A DNA stretch of 61,175 nucleotides from Candidatus Limnocylindria bacterium. GTDB taxonomy: Bacteria; Chloroflexota; Limnocylindria; P2-11E. The notes under the pieces were generated by a model. The model ran no database searches and was not told where the DNA came from. It was given only the letters and a program-made list of their open reading frames with translations. Of this stretch, positions 18,163-26,678 are shown in pieces. Position numbers and translations under genes: made by a program. The DNA is taken from assembly GCA_036564905.1 (NCBI GenBank), contig DATCOD010000064.1:1-61175 (forward strand), read 5' to 3'. Position 1 is the stretch's first letter. Each line of letters opens with the position of its first letter.

Positions 18163-19692
18163 TCACTCGATCTCGCCCGAGGCGTGGCGGACGGCCGTCG
18201 CGAGCAGGTCGCGCGTGATGACATCGCACATCGTGGAAATGTCCGGGGCAAGGGGCCGGTCGGCCTTGAGGGTCGGGACGTGCTCCCGGACGACCCGCTT
18301 GGCCGCCTCGACCGCAGCCGAGCTCGTCATCCCGAGGAGGTCGAGGCCCTGTGCGGCGCAGAGCGACTCGATCGCGAGCACGTTGCGCGTGTTCGTCACG
18401 ACCGCAGCGAGCTTGTGCGCGGCATGCACGCCCATGCTCACGTGGTCCTCCATGTCCGCCGATGTCGGGATCGATTCGACGGATGCGGGCATCGCGCGCA
18501 GCCGGTTCTCGGCCACGAGAGCGGCGGCGGTGTACTGCGCGACCATGAACCCCGAGTGCCGTCCGGGATCCGGCGACAGGAACGCCGGCAGCCCGCTCGT
18601 GTGTCCGGTGGTCATCCGATCGATGCGGCTCTCGCTGATGTCCGCGAGCTCGGCGACCGCGATCGTCGCGAGGTCGAGCGCGATCGCGACGGGCTGGCCA
18701 TGGAAGTTGCCACCGCTGACGATCCGCTTTTCTTCGGCGAACACGAGCGGGTTGTCGGTCACGCTGTTGATCTCGATCTCGAGCACGCGCCGGGTGTACG
18801 CCAGCGCGTCGCGCGACGCGCCATGGACCTGCGGCATGCAGCGGATCGAGTACGGGTCCTGGACGCGCGGATCGCCGAGGCGGTGCGACGCGATGATCGG
18901 GCTCCCGTGCACCAGGCGCCGGAGGTTCGCGGCGACGATCCGCTGGCCGGGGTGCGGCCGCTCGTCGTTGAGCGATGCGTCCCATGCCGCATCGGTCGCG
19001 CGCAGCGCCTCGGAGGAGAGCGCGCCGATGATGTCGGCGGACGTGGCGAGCACCTCGGCATCGTGCAGGGCCAGGCACCCGATCGCGGTCATCACCTGCG
19101 TCCCATTGATCAGTGCCAGGGCCTCCTTCGGCGCCAGCTCGATCGGCTTCAGGCCGGCGCGCTTCAGCGCATCGGCGCCGCTCAGCAGCTTTCCGTCGAA
19201 CATCGCTTCGCCTTCGCCGACGAGGACGAGCGCCGCGTGCGCGAGCGGCGCGAGGTCGCCGGATGCGCCGACGCTCCCATGCATCGGGATGACCGGATGG
19301 ACGCCGCGGTTGAGCAGGTCGAGGAGAAGGTCGATGGTCTCGGGCCGCACGCCGGACCGACCGGCGGCGAGCGTGTTCGCCCGGAGCAGGAGGATCGCGC
19401 GCGTGACATCGACCGGAAGCGGATCGCCGACCCCCGCGGCATGGCTGCGCAGGAGGTTGAGCTGCAGCTTGACGAGGTCCTCGCGCGCGATCCGGACCTG
19501 GGAGAGCGCGCCGAATCCGGTGTTGATGCCGTAGATCGGCGCATCGCCGTCCGCGAACTCGGCGACGAGCTTGGCCGCCGCCCGCACGAGCTGCTCGGAT
19601 GACCGATCCAGCGCGACGGGAGTCTCACGCCGCGCGACGCCGACGACGTCCGCGATCGAGAGACTGTTGCCGTCGATGCGGAGGGTCGCCAC
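18163..19692 (-). CDS. hutH: Histidine ammonia-lyase
   Basis: The GTG at 19692 overlaps the upstream TAG by 1 nt. 'YGINTGFG', 'GSVGASGDLAPLAH' (MIO motif), 'QDPYSIRC', 'NPL'. Confidence 0.92.
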   Translation of the reverse strand: MATLRIDGNSLSIADVVGVARRETPVALDRSSEQLVRAAAKLVAEFADGDAPIYGINTGFGALSQVRIAREDLVKLQLNLLRSHAAGVGDPLPVDVTRAILLLRANTLAAGRSGVRPETIDLLLDLLNRGVHPVIPMHGSVGASGDLAPLAHAALVLVGEGEAMFDGKLLSGADALKRAGLKPIELAPKEALALINGTQVMTAIGCLALHDAEVLATSADIIGALSSEALRATDAAWDASLNDERPHPGQRIVAANLRRLVHGSPIIASHRLGDPRVQDPYSIRCMPQVHGASRDALAYTRRVLEIEINSVTDNPLVFAEEKRIVSGGNFHGQPVAIALDLATIAVAELADISESRIDRMTTGHTSGLPAFLSPDPGRHSGFMVAQYTAAALVAENRLRAMPASVESIPTSADMEDHVSMGVHAAHKLAAVVTNTRNVLAIESLCAAQGLDLLGMTSSAAVEAAKRVVREHVPTLKADRPLAPDISTMCDVITRDLLATAVRHASGEIE

Positions 19693-20216
19693 TAGCGCGA
19701 CCCGTCGATGTTGTCGCGGTACCAGGCGCCGAGCTCGACGTAGTGCAGGGCGGCCCTGACGGTCCACCGCTCGTCCTCGGGCCGGGTCTCGCGGACCACC
19801 TGCGCCGGGATCCCGACCACCAACGAGCGGGGCGGCACGGTCATCTTCTCGCGTACCACCGCGCCCGCGCCGACGATCGTGCCCGCGCCGATGACGCAGC
19901 CGCCGACGAGCACGGAGGCCTGCCCGATCAGCACGTGGTCGTGGATGACGCTCGAATGGACCAAGGCGTTGTGGCCGATCGTTACGTCCTCGCCGACGAT
20001 CGTCGGCTCACCTTCATCGGTGTGGATCGTTGTGTTGTCCTGCACGTTCGATCGCGCGCCGATCTCGATGCGGTCCATGTCGCCGCGGAGCACCGCGCCG
20101 AACCAGACCGAGGCATGCTCGTGGAGGGTCACGTCGCCGATGAGCACCGCGGTCGGCGCGACGAACGCGGTCGGATGCACCTGCGGCGTCTTGCCCTTGA
20201 ACGCGTAGAGCGGCAT
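19692..20216 (-). CDS. Gamma-carbonic-anhydrase-like left-handed beta-helix protein (YrdA/PaaY-like)
   Basis: The ATG at 20216 gives 174 aa. 'VHPTAFVAPTAVLIGDVTL', 'VWFGAVLRGD', hexapeptide repeats. Confidence 0.85.
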   Translation of the reverse strand: MPLYAFKGKTPQVHPTAFVAPTAVLIGDVTLHEHASVWFGAVLRGDMDRIEIGARSNVQDNTTIHTDEGEPTIVGEDVTIGHNALVHSSVIHDHVLIGQASVLVGGCVIGAGTIVGAGAVVREKMTVPPRSLVVGIPAQVVRETRPEDERWTVRAALHYVELGAWYRDNIDGSR

Positions 20217-20222
20217 CTCTCG

Positions 20223-20228
20223 TACGAT
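20223..20228 (+). promoter_or_regulatory. -10-like hexamer TACGAT placed for a leaderless DAHP synthase mRNA
   Basis: TACGAT (TANNNT) lies at -12..-7 of the GTG at 20235. On the other strand TATCGT lies at -13..-8 of the ATG at 20216. The spacer is only 18 bp. Confidence 0.4.
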
Positions 20229-20234
20229 ATTCGC

Positions 20235-21248
20235 GTGATCATCATCATGCGGAAGGGCGCGTCGAAGGAGCAGATCGACCACGTGGTCGATCGCCTCCGC
20301 GAGCGCGGCTATGGCGCGAACCTGTCCGGCAGCGAGGTCAGCGTCATCGGCGCGATCGGCGTCCTCGACGACGACAAGGCCCGGCTGGCCGAGCAGCTGC
20401 AATCGCTTCCGGCGGTCGAGAAGGTCGTTCCGGTCCTCAAGCGGTTCAAGCTCGCGTCACGCGAGTTCCAGCCCGATCCGACGATCGTGAGGCTCGATGG
20501 GCTCTCCATCGGGGACGGGACCCTGGTCGTCATGGCCGGGCCATGCTCCGTGGAGAGCGAGCAGCAGCTGCTGTCGACCGCGCACGCGGTGAAGGAACGA
20601 GGGGCCAACGTCCTCCGGGGCGGCGCATTCAAGCCGCGGACGTCGCCGTACGACTTCCAGGGTCTCGGCAAGGAAGGACTGGAGCTGCTCGCACGCGCGA
20701 AACGCGAGACGGGCATGCCGGTCGTTTCGGAGGTCCTCGACCCGCACGATGTCGACATCTGCGCGAAGTACGTTGACATCCTGCAGATCGGCGCGCGGAA
20801 CATGCAGAACTACGCGTTGCTCCGCGAGGTCGGGCGATCCGGACATCCGGTGCTGCTGAAGCGCGGCGGGATGTACCCGACGATCGAGAACTGGCTCCTC
20901 TGCGCCGAATACATCCTGCGCGAGGGGAACCGCAACGTGATGCTCTGCGAACGCGGCCTGCCGGTCGGAGGCGGCGAGACTGCCACGCGCAACGTGCTCG
21001 ATGTGTCGGCCGTCGCCGTGGTGCACGAGCTCTCGCATCTTCCGGTGATCGTCGATCCGAGCCACGGCACCGGCAAGGCGTCGTACGTCGCGCCGCTCGC
21101 CCGCGCGGCCGTGGCTGCCGGCGCGGACGGGTTGATCATCGAGGTGCATCCGGATCCCGAGCGTGCGCTGTCGGATGGGCCGCAGTCGCTCAACTTCGAC
21201 CAGTTCGGGACGTTGATGCGGGGACTCGAGGCGCTGCGACCCGGCTAG
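20235..21248 (+). CDS. 3-deoxy-7-phosphoheptulonate (DAHP) synthase, type I-beta with N-terminal ferredoxin-like regulatory domain
   Basis: '(V)IIIMRKGASKEQIDHVV' parallels the Thermotoga-type N-domain. 'MAGPCSVES', 'LRGGAFKPRTSPY', 'IGARNMQN', 'VDPSHG'. Confidence 0.9.
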   Translation: MIIIMRKGASKEQIDHVVDRLRERGYGANLSGSEVSVIGAIGVLDDDKARLAEQLQSLPAVEKVVPVLKRFKLASREFQPDPTIVRLDGLSIGDGTLVVMAGPCSVESEQQLLSTAHAVKERGANVLRGGAFKPRTSPYDFQGLGKEGLELLARAKRETGMPVVSEVLDPHDVDICAKYVDILQIGARNMQNYALLREVGRSGHPVLLKRGGMYPTIENWLLCAEYILREGNRNVMLCERGLPVGGGETATRNVLDVSAVAVVHELSHLPVIVDPSHGTGKASYVAPLARAAVAAGADGLIIEVHPDPERALSDGPQSLNFDQFGTLMRGLEALRPG

Positions 21249-21254
21249 CCGGCG

Positions 21255-21286
21255 TCGGCTCCCTCGCTCGTCCTCGCTAGCTTGTA
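21255..21286. repeat. Copy 1 of a 32-bp perfect direct repeat (TCGGCTCCCTCGCTCGTCCTCGCTAGCTTGTA)
   Basis: Identical to 21329-21360. It lies in the gap between the DAHP synthase and OmpR-type regulator stops. Confidence 0.9.
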
Positions 21287-21315
21287 TCGCTGACGCTCAC
21301 AAGCGTCGCTCGTCC

Positions 21316-22077
21316 TCACGTGGGAGCTTCGGCTCCCTCGCTCGTCCTCGCTAGCTTGTAGCCGAAGCCACGCGACGTCTCGATCGAGATATCGCGCACG
21401 CCGCCATCGAGCAGCTTCTTGCGGAGCCGGCCCACGTGCACGTCCACGAGACGCGTGTCGTTGCCCGGCTCGTACCCCCACACGCCGGTGAGCAGATCGT
21501 CACGGGTGAACACGCGGCCGGGCTCCGCGGCGAGCGTCTTCAGGAGCTTGAACTCGGTCGGTGTGAGCGGGAGGGCGTCATACTCCTGGATCGCCTGCAC
21601 GCTGCCGAGATCGATGATGAACGTCCCGAAGCGCAGCTGGCGTCGATCGCGGTCGGCGATCGCGGCGTGCGAGCGCCGGCGCAGGAGCGCCTCGACGCGC
21701 GCGACCAGCTCGTTGTTGTCGAACGGCTTACCCATGTAGTCGTCGGCGCCGATCCGCAGCCCGACGACGCGGTCCGGCGGATCGCTCTTCGCCGACACGA
21801 ACAGGATCGGGACGTCCGTCTCCTTGCGGAGCTGGAGGCACAGGCTGATCCCATCGACGCTCGGCATCATGACGTCGAGGCTCACGAGGTCGGGATGGAA
21901 GCCGTTGAAGACGTCGAGGGCCTTGCGCGAGTCCGTGACGACCAGCACGGAGAAACCCTCTTCGCGCAGCACCGTGCCGAGGAGGTTCGCGATGTCCGAT
22001 TCGTCATCGACGACCAGGATCCGCGCGTCGTGAGAGACGCTTCGTTCGGCCGCCATGCCAGGGTTGGCGATCGCCAT
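21316..22077 (-). CDS. OmpR/PhoB-family response regulator (no cognate kinase adjacent)
   Basis: 'ILVVDDESDI...DLVSLDVMMPSVDG...DDYMGKPF' receiver. Winged helix 'LTPTEFKLLKTLA...VDVHVGRLRKKL...GFGYKL'. Confidence 0.9.
   Translation of the reverse strand: MAIANPGMAAERSVSHDARILVVDDESDIANLLGTVLREEGFSVLVVTDSRKALDVFNGFHPDLVSLDVMMPSVDGISLCLQLRKETDVPILFVSAKSDPPDRVVGLRIGADDYMGKPFDNNELVARVEALLRRRSHAAIADRDRRQLRFGTFIIDLGSVQAIQEYDALPLTPTEFKLLKTLAAEPGRVFTRDDLLTGVWGYEPGNDTRLVDVHVGRLRKKLLDGGVRDISIETSRGFGYKLARTSEGAEAPT
21329..21360. repeat. Copy 2 of the 32-bp direct repeat, inside the 3' end of the regulator gene
   Basis: Encodes '...YKLARTSEGA' on the minus strand. Confidence 0.9.
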
Positions 22078-22133
22078 ATGAAGGAGGAGATTCGCAATAT
22101 CGGTGCCAGACGTAACGACCGGAACGGCGACGG

Positions 22134-23015
22134 TCAGGCCAGGGTCGCGTTCACCGCCGCCAACCGCTCGGTCACCCAGTCGCTCTTGTCAGCGACCGCG
22201 TCGGGCCAGGGCGCGAAGAAATAGCGGTCCGTCTCGGCCTCGATCCGGAGGCGGGCCTCGGTGCCCTTCGCACTGAGGACCAGCTCGGGGCCGGAGGCGA
22301 ACAGACCGATGTTGCGAAGCTGTGTCACCGCGGCGCGCACGTCGTCGGGTCGCTGCGTCGCGATCTTCGCGACAAGCTCGTCCTCCGTCGCCGTTTCCTT
22401 GTGCCACACCCGGGTGAGGACATCGAGGGTCGGACCGGTCAGTCCCGCGTCCTGCCACGCCTGGACGTGGCAATCGTCGCGGAACTGCCACAGGCCGTAG
22501 GCCGCGGCGTCGAGGCGCGCGAACGCCGATGACGGCTCCTGCCACCGGTATCGCGCCGCGCGTGGGGTGTGCGCGCGCACCTTTGGCTCAGGAGCGGCGA
22601 CGCATGCCGCGAGCGCGGCATCGAGCAGCCGCGAAAGCTGCTCGAGGTCTCCCGTTCCGATCGGCGTGAGCCCGGCGAAGTGGCGATCCATCGCGCGGCG
22701 CAGCTCGTCGACCGCGACCTTGCCCGAGTCGGTCAGCGACCAGCGGCCGTCGCGCCACACGATCAGGCCCACTGATTCGGCCGCCGCGAGTGGCGCCCGG
22801 AGCGGCTCGTCCGTCGTGCGGTAAGTGCTGTTCCCGATGTCTTGAGGCCGCGCGCCCCGCGGATCCTGCGTCGCGAGGTCGATCGTCGAGTAGTACGCGG
22901 GCCGGTCGAGACCGAGGCGCTCCATCGCACGCAGCGGGAAGTCGCTCTTCGCGCGACGGCGCTGCAGGAATTGCTGGATGAGCGGAGGGAGCGCCACCGG
23001 ATACGGCTCGCGCAC
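22134..23015 (-). CDS. Hypothetical protein, possibly two winged-helix-like modules
   Basis: Coding-like composition. Segments such as 'GLIVWRDGRWSLTDSGKVAVDEL' and 'LRNIGLFASGPELVLSAKGTEA' resemble MarR-type wings. No family recognised. Confidence 0.55.
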   Translation of the reverse strand: MREPYPVALPPLIQQFLQRRRAKSDFPLRAMERLGLDRPAYYSTIDLATQDPRGARPQDIGNSTYRTTDEPLRAPLAAAESVGLIVWRDGRWSLTDSGKVAVDELRRAMDRHFAGLTPIGTGDLEQLSRLLDAALAACVAAPEPKVRAHTPRAARYRWQEPSSAFARLDAAAYGLWQFRDDCHVQAWQDAGLTGPTLDVLTRVWHKETATEDELVAKIATQRPDDVRAAVTQLRNIGLFASGPELVLSAKGTEARLRIEAETDRYFFAPWPDAVADKSDWVTERLAAVNATLA

Positions 23016-23099
23016 GGCGCTCCTCCTTCTTTGCTCGGTTTCGCCGGGTCCTCACCGCAGTATGCCGCGGTCGGTCCGACTGACGCAGAATCATCTGTC

Positions 23100-23414
23100 A
23101 TGGATCCTGCGGAGGTCCCCGGCCGGTCGGACCTGCATCTCCTCGACGTGCGCGAGCCGGACGAGTGGCAGGCCGGACACATCGCCGGATCGCAGCACAT
23201 CCCGCTCGCGCAGCTGCGCGGGCGTCTTGGCGAGATCCCGAAGGACAAGCCGATCCTCGCGGTCTGCCGGCACGGGAACCGGAGCGAAGCCGCGACGCGC
23301 GGCCTGCGGGCGCTCGGGTACACGGTCGAGAACCTGGAGGGCGGCGTGACGGCCTGGAAGCAGGCCGGGCTGCCGCTCGAGGCGGAGGGTGGCGGCCCCG
23401 GCCGGGTCATCTGA
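23100..23414 (+). CDS. Single-domain rhodanese-like sulfurtransferase
   Basis: 'LLDVREPDEWQAGHIAGSQHIP', active-site loop 'CRHGNRS'. Confidence 0.85.
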   Translation: MDPAEVPGRSDLHLLDVREPDEWQAGHIAGSQHIPLAQLRGRLGEIPKDKPILAVCRHGNRSEAATRGLRALGYTVENLEGGVTAWKQAGLPLEAEGGGPGRVI

Positions 23415-24181
23415 TGCAGCAGGGGACCGCCGAGCGTCCGTTCCACGACAAGGACTGGGTGCGCGCCCACCTCGAGCGCGAGCGCAAGGAAGCCGACCTG
23501 CTGGCCGAGATCCGCGAGGTCGTCTTCGGTCTGCAGGACGGCGTGACCAGCATCCTCGCGGTCGTGAGCGTCGTCGCGGCGGCATCGAGCGACACGTACA
23601 CGGTGCTCATCAGCGGGATCGCCGCGACGCTCGCGGAGGTGTTCTCGATGGGCGCGGGCGAGTACATGTCGTCGAAGAGCCAGCGCGAGATCTTCGACGC
23701 GCAGATCGCCGCCGAGCGCGCCGAGGTCGCGGAGCGTCCGGGCGAGGCCCTGGCCGAGGTCGCGTTCATGTTCGAACGAGAGGGTCTTGCCGAGAGCTCG
23801 GCACGCCGGATCGCCGAGGAGATCTCTCGCGACCCCAACGTGCTGCTGCGCACGATGGTCGAGAAGGAGCTCGGCCTGACCGTCGACGCGGGCGGCTCGC
23901 CGTTCCAGGGCGCGCTCATCCTCTCCGGCTCGTTCTTCGTGGCCGCGCTCGTGCCGCTGCTCCCGTACTTCTTTCTGCCCGTGCGGTCCGCGCTCTGGGT
24001 CTCGGTCGGACTCTCGGCCGTCGTCATGTTCGGCGTTGGCGTCTGGAAGTCGCGGCTCACGAAGCGCAATCCGCTCGTGTCCGGCCTCGAGATCCTCGTG
24101 CTGGTCGCGGGTGCCGCGATCGCGGGCTCGTTCTTCGGATCCATCCTTCCCGGTCTCCTGGGGGTCGCCGGCATCCGCTAG
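23414..24181 (+). CDS. VIT1/CCC1-family iron/manganese transporter
   Basis: TGATG overlap with rhodanese. 'VFGLQDGVTSILAVV', 'GAGEYMSSKSQRE', C-terminal TM bundle. Confidence 0.8.
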   Translation: MQQGTAERPFHDKDWVRAHLERERKEADLLAEIREVVFGLQDGVTSILAVVSVVAAASSDTYTVLISGIAATLAEVFSMGAGEYMSSKSQREIFDAQIAAERAEVAERPGEALAEVAFMFEREGLAESSARRIAEEISRDPNVLLRTMVEKELGLTVDAGGSPFQGALILSGSFFVAALVPLLPYFFLPVRSALWVSVGLSAVVMFGVGVWKSRLTKRNPLVSGLEILVLVAGAAIAGSFFGSILPGLLGVAGIR

Positions 24182-24233
24182 ATCCGGCACGCCGAATGCT
24201 GTCTTTGCTGATCTCCAACCGGGGAGGTCGGAC

Positions 24234-24293
24234 ATGTCCTACCGCGCGATCCGACGCGGCGCGGCTGACAAGCAAGCGCCGGGTGACCACTAG
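24234..24293 (+). CDS. Candidate 19-codon leader ORF (MSYRAIRRGAADKQAPGDH)
   Basis: Strong SD GGGGAGG at 24221-24227, 6 nt before the ATG. The stop lies 10 nt before the GT4 ATG, which itself lacks a good SD. Confidence 0.3.
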   Translation: MSYRAIRRGAADKQAPGDH

Positions 24294-24303
24294 GCTGGAC
24301 AGC

Positions 24304-25476
24304 ATGCGCATCGCATTTCTCTCCTCTTCCGTGCCTCGCCGCTGCGGCATCGCGACGTTCACAGCGGACGTCATGGCCGCCGTGAAAGCGGCCGACCCGA
24401 CGGCCCGTTGCTCGGTCGTGGCGATCGACGAGCCCAACAGCGCCCGGGCCTACGGGCCCGAGGTGAAAGCGCGCGTCCGGCAGCGTGAGCCGGAGAGCTA
24501 CCGGGCGGCGGCCGCGCTCCTGAACGCATCGAACGTCGACGTCGTGAACATCCAGCATGAATTCGGGCTCTACGGCGTGTGGAAGGACGGCGTCTACGAA
24601 GATCATCTGCGTCCATTCCTTCTGGAGCTGCGGAAGCCGTCGATGGTCACACTGCACAGCGTGCCGCCGGACCCGTCGCCCTCCATGCGAGACGCCGTCC
24701 GGCTGATCGCGGCGCACTGCGACGCGCTCATCGTGATGGCCCACACCGCGGCCCGGCTCCTCGCCGCGGACTACGGGATCACGAAGACGCCGGTCGTCAT
24801 CCCGCACGGGATGCCCGCGATCGAGCCGATCGGCCGGCACCGCCTGAAGACGAAGCTGGGCATGGAGCGCCGCACGATCATCTCGACGTTCGGGCTGGTC
24901 GACCCACGGAAGGGCCTCGAGTTCGTCATCGCCGCGATGCCCGCGATCGTCGAGCGTCATCCCGACGCGCTGTACCTGATCGTCGGCCAGACGCATCCGG
25001 AGCTCTTGAAGCAGCAGGGCGAGACATACCGCAACACCCTGGAGCGCGCGACAGAGGATCTCGGCCTGACCGACCACGTCGCGTTCGTGAACGAGTACCT
25101 CACGCAGCGCGACATCGTCGGGTACCTCCTGGCGACCGACGTGTATGTGACCCCGTACCTCGATCCGAACCAGATCACGAGCGGCACGCTCGCGTACGCC
25201 CTCGGTGCGGGAAAAGCCATCGTCTCGACGCCGTACCTGCACGCGATCGAGGCCCTCGCGGACGAGCGCGGGATCATCGTCCCGTTCCGCGACGCCCCCG
25301 CGATCGCCGGCGCGGTGCAACGGATCCTCGGCGATCCCGTGCTGAAGCAGCGGCTCGAACGAAAGGCGTATGTCTACGGACGCGACACCGCCTGGCCGGC
25401 CGTCGGGCGGCGCGTCCTCGCACTCACCCAGCACGTGCTGGAACCACAACAGCACGGGCCGCTCCTCGCGGTTTGA
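24304..25476 (+). CDS. Glycosyltransferase family 4 (GT-B)
   Basis: 'MRIAFLSSSVPRRCGIATFTADV', 'STFGLVDPRKGLE', 'YLIVGQTHPE', 'DVYVTPY...SGTLAYALGAGKAIVSTP'. Confidence 0.85.
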   Translation: MRIAFLSSSVPRRCGIATFTADVMAAVKAADPTARCSVVAIDEPNSARAYGPEVKARVRQREPESYRAAAALLNASNVDVVNIQHEFGLYGVWKDGVYEDHLRPFLLELRKPSMVTLHSVPPDPSPSMRDAVRLIAAHCDALIVMAHTAARLLAADYGITKTPVVIPHGMPAIEPIGRHRLKTKLGMERRTIISTFGLVDPRKGLEFVIAAMPAIVERHPDALYLIVGQTHPELLKQQGETYRNTLERATEDLGLTDHVAFVNEYLTQRDIVGYLLATDVYVTPYLDPNQITSGTLAYALGAGKAIVSTPYLHAIEALADERGIIVPFRDAPAIAGAVQRILGDPVLKQRLERKAYVYGRDTAWPAVGRRVLALTQHVLEPQQHGPLLAV

Positions 25477-26678
25477 ACGTCGCCGAACGCGCCGATCTCG
25501 GCCGTCGTCTCGCCGAGAATCCACTCCTCACTTCGAAGGACGTTCCGCCGTCGCAGGCCGCGCTCGAGGTCGTATCGGTCTTCAACGCCGCGACCGCCGT
25601 CGTCGAGGACGAGGTCATCCTCCTGCTTCGCGTAGCCGAGCGGCCGCGCAGCGATGTGGACCTGCCGCCCGGCGCCTTCACGCTCGACTTCAACGGGCCG
25701 CACCCGGTCCAGCGGCCGCTGCCGCATCAGTACACGAAGGACGACGTCATCGGCATGGCGTACATGGACGCCGCGACCGATCCACCGTCGGTCCGTGTCG
25801 CGTACATCCCCAAGGATCTGCCGGGCCTCGATCTCCGCGACCCGCGCGCGATCCGATACACGAACCGGCCGAACTCGCCGGAGGCCGCGGACGCGATCTA
25901 TCAGAACTACCTTGCGCAGATCTCGCACCTGCGCGTGGCGCGCTCGCGCGACGGCGTGCACTTCACCGTCGACAAGGACGTCGCGCTCGGGCCGCTGGCC
26001 GCGCTCGAGGAGTACGGCGTCGAGGATCCCCGGATCACATTCATCGACGGCACGTTCCACGTGACGTACGTGTCCGTGTCCCGGTGGGGGATCACCACGA
26101 GCCTCGCAACGACGTCGGACTTCATGGCGTTCGACCGGAGGGGCGTCATCTTCCTGCCCGATCACAAGGATGTCGTGATCTTCCCGGAGAAGATCGGCGG
26201 CAAGTACGTCGCGCTGACGCGGCCGATGCCGCAGTCGTTCGCCCGGATCTTCGGCATCTGGATCGCGTTCTCGGACGACAAGATGGAGTGGGGTGGCTAC
26301 GAGCCGCTCGCGCTGCCGCGCCAGGATCATTGGGACGAGCTGCGCACCGGCGCGTCGGCCGTGCCGTTCCGCACCGACCGGGGCTGGCTCGAGCTGTACC
26401 ACGGCGTCGACCGCGATACGACGTATGCCATGGGCGCGCTGCTCATGGATCTTGCCGACCCGCGCAAGGTGATCGGACGATCGCCGACGCCGATCCTCAA
26501 GCCGACCGAGGTCTACGAGACCACCGGCCTGTTCAACAACACGGTCTTTTCATGCGGGCATATCCGGCTCGACGACCACCCCGATCGCATCCGCCTCTAC
26601 TACGGCGCGGCCGATTCGGTCGTCGCGGCGGCGGACTTCGACGTGCAGGAGATCCTCGACAGCCTCGAACCGTGCTGA
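25473..26678 (+). CDS. GH130-family glycoside phosphorylase/hydrolase (DUF377, 'PH1107-related glycosidase')
   Basis: The TTG start overlaps the GT4 TGA. 'NPLLTS...SVFNAATAV', 'RVARSRDGVHF', 'GVEDPRITFIDGTFHVTYV', 'KDVVIFPEKIGGKYVAL', 'YHGVD...YAMGALLMDLADP', 'VFSCG'. Confidence 0.85.
   Translation: MNVAERADLGRRLAENPLLTSKDVPPSQAALEVVSVFNAATAVVEDEVILLLRVAERPRSDVDLPPGAFTLDFNGPHPVQRPLPHQYTKDDVIGMAYMDAATDPPSVRVAYIPKDLPGLDLRDPRAIRYTNRPNSPEAADAIYQNYLAQISHLRVARSRDGVHFTVDKDVALGPLAALEEYGVEDPRITFIDGTFHVTYVSVSRWGITTSLATTSDFMAFDRRGVIFLPDHKDVVIFPEKIGGKYVALTRPMPQSFARIFGIWIAFSDDKMEWGGYEPLALPRQDHWDELRTGASAVPFRTDRGWLELYHGVDRDTTYAMGALLMDLADPRKVIGRSPTPILKPTEVYETTGLFNNTVFSCGHIRLDDHPDRIRLYYGAADSVVAAADFDVQEILDSLEPC

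Noticed and set aside
12510-19692. A complete, contiguous histidine-utilisation (hut) operon.
   Set aside because: hutU and hutH are present, but a plus-strand thiolase and two small membrane genes separate them. The amidohydrolase at 12510 lies in a different operon on the opposite strand, and I cannot show that it is HutI. No hutG or hutC was recognised.
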